Source of the DNA: Octopus bimaculoides
Taxonomy: Eukaryota
NCBI RefSeq assembly: GCF_001194135.2
Contig: NC_068981.1
Location: 166,570,544-166,634,543 of the forward strand
Direction: 5' to 3'
Length of the DNA stretch: 64,000 nt
The position numbers and the translations under genes were made by a program. Below the pieces are notes generated by a model, which was not told where the DNA came from, made no database searches, and was given only the letters and a program-made list of their open reading frames with translations. This document shows positions 63,711 through 64,000 of the stretch, one piece after another (the stretch's first letter is position 1; each line of letters starts with the position of its first letter).

Positions 63711-64000
63711 CTAGCAGAAATACCCAGCGTTGCCCGGGTTAAGGAGAATAATGAAATCTAAAAACGCCGTCTAGACTAGGCATCATCTTTATATATAGAG
63801 ATGTATATACACACACGCACCCAAACACACGTATATATATGTATATCAATATAAATATATGAAAGTCAATGAAGTTTCGTAAAAGAAGGTGATCATGTAC
63901 ATACTTTCTTGCTGTTGTGATTATAACACCTCGTTGTAAATTATGTTCCTTGTTTTCCCTTGTGGAGCATCTACAAATAGGTTTTTTTTTACTGCCCACT
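63711..64000 (-). mobile_element. Helitron 3' end (element continues beyond the window)
   Basis: On the minus strand the RepHel C-terminus is followed, about 190 nt later, by the GC-rich hairpin ACCCGG-GCAACG-CTGGGT, 7 nt, then CTAG|T. Confidence 0.85.
63921..64000 (-). pseudogene. C-terminus of Helitron Rep/helicase
   Basis: It reads (V G S)KKNLFVDAPQGKTRNIIYNEVL* with one extra A in an A9 run. This matches the conserved SRVG..NL.I.AP.GKTKNIVY.EVL* end of Helitron PIF1-type helicases. Confidence 0.8.

Overview
This is AT-rich eukaryotic DNA dense in microsatellites and transposons, with five N-gaps. The SINE, RTE and MITE families point to a coleoid cephalopod, most likely Octopus; this is inferred from repeat content and was not database-checked. 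Almost every ORF in the supplied track is a microsatellite or low-complexity artefact. The only host protein-coding sequence I can support is three phase-compatible plus-strand exons (26028-26118, 30401-30520, 31716-31804). They encode the C-terminal half of a WW domain, an S/T/Q/N-rich linker and the start of a CUE-like ubiquitin-binding fold. Most of the window is probably intron of this gene, and its flanking exons were not found with confidence. The rest is a transposon record: many tRNA-headed SINEs; RTE, CR1/L2, Jockey/I-type, R4/Dong-type and Penelope-like retroelement remnants; hAT and piggyBac MITEs with intact TSDs; a frameshifted Hsmar1-like mariner; and a Helitron 3' end at the window edge. 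The most interesting structures are: (i) a 91-bp unit with complete Helitron termini forming the 3' end of a RepHel-coding element; (ii) a 97-bp near-identical inverted local copy of a decayed LINE segment; (iii) an inverted-plus-tandem triplication of a tRNA-Thr-like gene with its flanks; (iv) a 53-bp ungapped hairpin with plus-strand G:U bias upstream of the WW exon; and (v) a head-to-tail SINE array beside an R4/Dong fragment in (TAA)n. I found no CRISPR, rRNA or prokaryote-type system, and I cannot claim a new biological system from sequence alone. SINE family labels A, B, C and repeat D are my own working names. Boundaries of decayed repeats are approximate.
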